Source: Phaeosaccion multiseriatum (lineage: Eukaryota; Protista; Ochrophyta, other classes). From it: a stretch of DNA of 64,000 bases. The DNA is taken from assembly GCA_965112735.1 (NCBI GenBank), contig OZ218957.1, forward strand, positions 496,001 through 560,000, given 5' to 3'. The notes under the pieces are model-generated. The model was not told the origin of the DNA. It was given only the letters and a program-made list of their open reading frames with translations, and did not search any database. Below are positions 61,001 to 64,000 of the stretch, piece after piece. Numbering within the stretch: the stretch's first letter is position 1; every line of letters begins with the position of its first letter. A program made the position numbers and the translations under genes.

Positions 61001-64000
61001 GGTGTAGAGGATGAAGTATAGGGTGTGGAGTGGTGTAGAGGATGAAGCATAGGGTATGGAGTGGTGTAGAGGATGAAGCATAGGGTGTGGAGTGGTGTGG
61101 AGGATGAAGTATAGGGTGTGGAGTGGTGTAGAGGATAGAGTATAGGGTATGGAGTGGTGTAGAGGATAGAGTATAGGGTATGGAGTGGTGTAGAGGATGG
61201 AGTATAGGGTATGGAGTGGTGTAGAGGATGGAGTATAGGGTATGAAGTGGTGTAGAGGATAGAGTATAGGGTATGGAGTGGTGTAGAGGATGGAGTATAG
61301 GGTATGGAGTGGTGTAGAGGATAGAGTATAGGGTATGGAGTGGTGTAGAGGATGGAGTATAGGGTATGGAGTGGTGTAGAGGATAGAGTATAGGGTGAGG
61401 GCCGATGGTGCCCGAGGGGAGGGCTCGCTGCCGTACCAAGTCGGTGGGGGGGGGTTGCGGTAGGGTAGGGGGGTTTAGGGTAGGGTAAGGCAAGGGTAAG
61501 GCAAGGGTAAGGCAAGGGTAAGGCAAGGGTAAGGCAAGGGTAAGGCAAGATAGAGGGAGGTGGGCTTGGTTGGGGGTCAAGCAAGCGGCCTGCCCTATTC
61601 TCCTTTACTTACTTACGTACGTACTTACATACTTACATACTTCCCTCCACTGACTCCTGGAACGATCAGACACAGATTCAGATGGAGAGCTCGAGGGCGG
61701 CCAGTCAGAGGAGCAAGATCAAGAACCTACGGAGCTGGAACAACGCGGGAGCAGAGGAAGGAGGAGGGGGGGGAGGTGGAGGAGGTGGTGGTGGTGGAGG
61801 AGGTGGAGGAGGAGGGGGTACTTGGTCCAGGAGCGGAAGCACACGGGGAGGACCGAGAGGAGACCGTGATAATATCGGCAACTTTCGCGTAGAGGAGAGT
61901 CACTACACCGGGGGCGCATTGCTTGGGGCAAGGGGGGAGGGATTAGTGAGACGGGGCTCCTCCATCGATACGGCGGGGGGGGATGATGACTTGCAGACCG
62001 ACCCGAGAGACGACCACGATGACTTTGGATGGGCAGATGTGGATTACGGTATTGCGGAGCAGCCAGAGCAGCTGGCGATACAGCAGGCGCTTCAGCAAAA
62101 CCACCACGGGTGAGTGAGTGAGAGGGAGGGAGGGAGGGAGGTGAGGAGGGAGAAGGAGGGAAGGAGGCTGAAGTGGAAACTCACTCCAACTCCAACTCTT
62201 GGATTTACTTTTAGCATTGACATAAAAACTGCCCTTCCTTGACATCAACTGAACTTGTTAGGGGCCTGACCACCTTCGGACAAGACCAAGAAGATGTTCA
62301 GCAGCACGCCACAGGGGGAGGCAGAGAAGGCTACGGCAGGGCTGCGGCAGGGGAGGCGGCGGGGGGTTTTGCACCTGCTGCTGAGCACGCTGATATGAAT
62401 GGGGTGGCTGCAGGAGGAGGAGGAGGAGGAGGAGGAGGAGGAGAAGCAGGAGGGGCGGTGGGCCCTGCTGTTGCGGCTGGGGCAGGAGGAGCAGGAACAG
62501 GTGGGGCAGAGGCAGGAGCAGCAGGGCAAGGAGGAGGGCCGCCCCCCGGCTTTGTGGGCGGCTTTCACCTCAAGAAAATGGTGGTGAATCAGCAAAGTCT
62601 CCAGCGGGCGTGGGATGTGTCCCAGCGAAGTACCCACGAGGACTGGACGGAGTGGATGCGCCGCTTCTCGCTTGAGCTGCTCAGAGAAAGCCCTTCTCCC
62701 GCGCTCAGGAGCTGCGCACCGCTGGCACAGGTGTGTGTGTGTGTGTGTGCGTGTGTGCGTGTGTGTGTGTGTGTGTGTGGCTGGGTACTTGTGTGTATGT
62801 GGGTGTGTGTATGTGGGTGTGTGTGTATGTGTGTGTGTATGTGGCTGTATGTGTGCGTGTCTGGGTGTAGGCTCTGCGATGCTTTCCCCCGGGGGGTTCA
62901 CCCTGTGAGAATGGCAGCACAGCACAGGGGGGGGCGCAAAGCACTCAAGTAGTATCCAAAATTGCCCACCCACCCACTGACTTCCTACCCCCCACTCATA
63001 CCCACCCACTGACTTACTGGCCCCCACCCACCCACCCACCCACACCTTTGCCCAGGCGCACCAACCGCTGGCCCGATGCCTCTTCGACGCCGCCTTTGTG
63101 TCGTGCTGGTTTGAACTGTCCGACAATTACCAGGACCACCTCATTCGCTCTCTTGAGGCGTCCTTTGTGGCACCCAACATTTCGCCTCAGATTCTGCAGC
63201 AGCTGCTCAACTTGGCGGAGTTTATGGAGCACGACATGGAGGCGTTTCCCATTGACATACGGGTGTTGTCGGAGCTGGCGCAGAAGTGCCACGCCTATGC
63301 TAAGGTGAGTAAGTTGTGTTTGAGTCAGTGGTATGGGCGGGTTGGGTGTGGGTTGGTTGGGAGGGCGAGGTCTGTCCGAAACGAACAAATCGATCGCCCC
63401 ACTGACTTACTTCCACCACCGCCCCTTTACTTCCACACATCCCACTTCAGAGATCACTCACACACACCTTCACTCAACCGCCTTCACAACTTGTAGTTTC
63501 TTTGGTTACCTTTCTCCGAGCTCATCAGCTCTCTATACACACCCCTCCCATGCCCCTCCCCCCATCCCGTACGTACAGCCTACACCCCCCCTCCACTTGT
63601 CATGCTCCATACCCTACCCCATACCAATGCCCTACACACATCCACTCTCTCACTCACAACCCAACACACTCAACACATACGTTATGTCCCCACTCTCTCA
63701 CTCACAACCCAACAGGCACTGCACTACAAAGAACTTGAGTTTCAGGCATCCCCCGCCATCTGTATCGAGGCCCTCATCTCCATCAACAAGAAGCTTGGCC
63801 AGCCTGAGGCAGCCATGGGTACGCTCACCTACGCCCAACAGAGCTTGGGGAGCGTCATTACTGTGCAGGAGTCATGGTTGGCCAAGCTCGGGCACTGGCC
63901 GGAGGCATTGGAGCTCTATCAGGCCAAGCGGAGCAGAGATCCGAACGATGTTGTTGCCATTATTGGCTGCATGAAGTGCCAGGTATGTGGTAGAATGTGT
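46625..64000 (+). CDS. TOR: Target of rapamycin kinase: HEAT repeats to start of FAT domain; truncated by the window end
   Basis: [13 protein letters not shown]; [18 protein letters not shown]; [15 protein letters not shown] region; [11 protein letters not shown]; [20 protein letters not shown]; [21 protein letters not shown]; [36 protein letters not shown]; [10 protein letters not shown]; [11 protein letters not shown]; [16 protein letters not shown]; [17 protein letters not shown]. More than 25 GT-AG introns; start may be 46625 or 46709. Confidence 0.96.
48787..49520. repeat. GGGTGTCAGGACAGT-core variable minisatellite in a TOR intron
   Basis: Dozens of 17-23-bp units starting right at the GAG|GTGGGTGTCAGGACAG donor. 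Confidence 0.93.
50113..50340. repeat. (CTA)n microsatellite in a TOR intron
   Basis: Directly visible. Confidence 0.95.
51108..51450. repeat. 32-bp minisatellite (~10 copies) in a TOR intron
   Basis: TTTCCCCATATGCCTCCAATCTCTTGTCCTAC. Confidence 0.95.
55215..56080. repeat. 33-bp highly homogeneous minisatellite (~26 copies) in a TOR intron
   Basis: CCCACCCTCACCCACCTACCGATTCACTGCAAT, head to tail, with no spacers. Confidence 0.97.
60075..61397. repeat. (GGGTA)n tract followed by a 31-bp minisatellite (~28 copies) in a TOR intron
   Basis: (GGGTA)n at ~60075-60480, then ATAGGGTATGGAGTGGTGTAGAGGATGAAGC at ~60523-61397. Confidence 0.95.

Noticed and set aside
59837-61584. 400-550-aa extensin-like minus-strand ORFs
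   Set aside because: Antisense translation of (GGGTA)n and the 31-bp minisatellite in a TOR intron.
1-64000. Introner-like family of near-identical introns
   Set aside because: Introns share only short words and microsatellite types, not end-to-end similarity or common termini.
1-64000. tRNA, rRNA or 7SK/U6-like ncRNA near MePCE
   Set aside because: No recognisable structure or conserved motif by eye; an Infernal/Rfam search would be needed.

Overview
Eukaryotic, intron-rich, microsatellite-dense genomic window. It is probably from a flagellated alga or protist; a stramenopile origin is inferred, not proven. In order it contains: the 3' part of a P2B Ca2+-ATPase (+); a ~450-bp TIR-bounded non-autonomous element; a small hypothetical gene (+); a tandem cluster of three minus-strand secreted paralogs built from signal peptide + RRL-ending propeptide + CBM4/9-like domain + CAP (SCP/PR-1) domain, where copy B adds a fasciclin domain and copy C has lost the CAP core; ARMC9 (+); an intron-containing gene with three treble-clef zinc-ribbon repeats and a 16-nt microexon (-); DRC10/IQCD (-); a lactonase-like beta-propeller / single TM / TPR receptor-like gene (-); a Bin3/MePCE methyltransferase (+); eIF3b (-); and the 5' portion of TOR (+, runs off the window in the FAT domain). 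The strongest unexplained signal is a non-palindromic 14-mer (CTGTATCACCAACT) with 9 exact and at least 4 near-exact copies, in both orientations, in introns and in exons in different frames. Other notable patterns are introns that echo their own 5' splice junction and the modular CBM-(FAS1)-CAP family. All gene models were read by eye; exon boundaries not explicitly listed are approximate.
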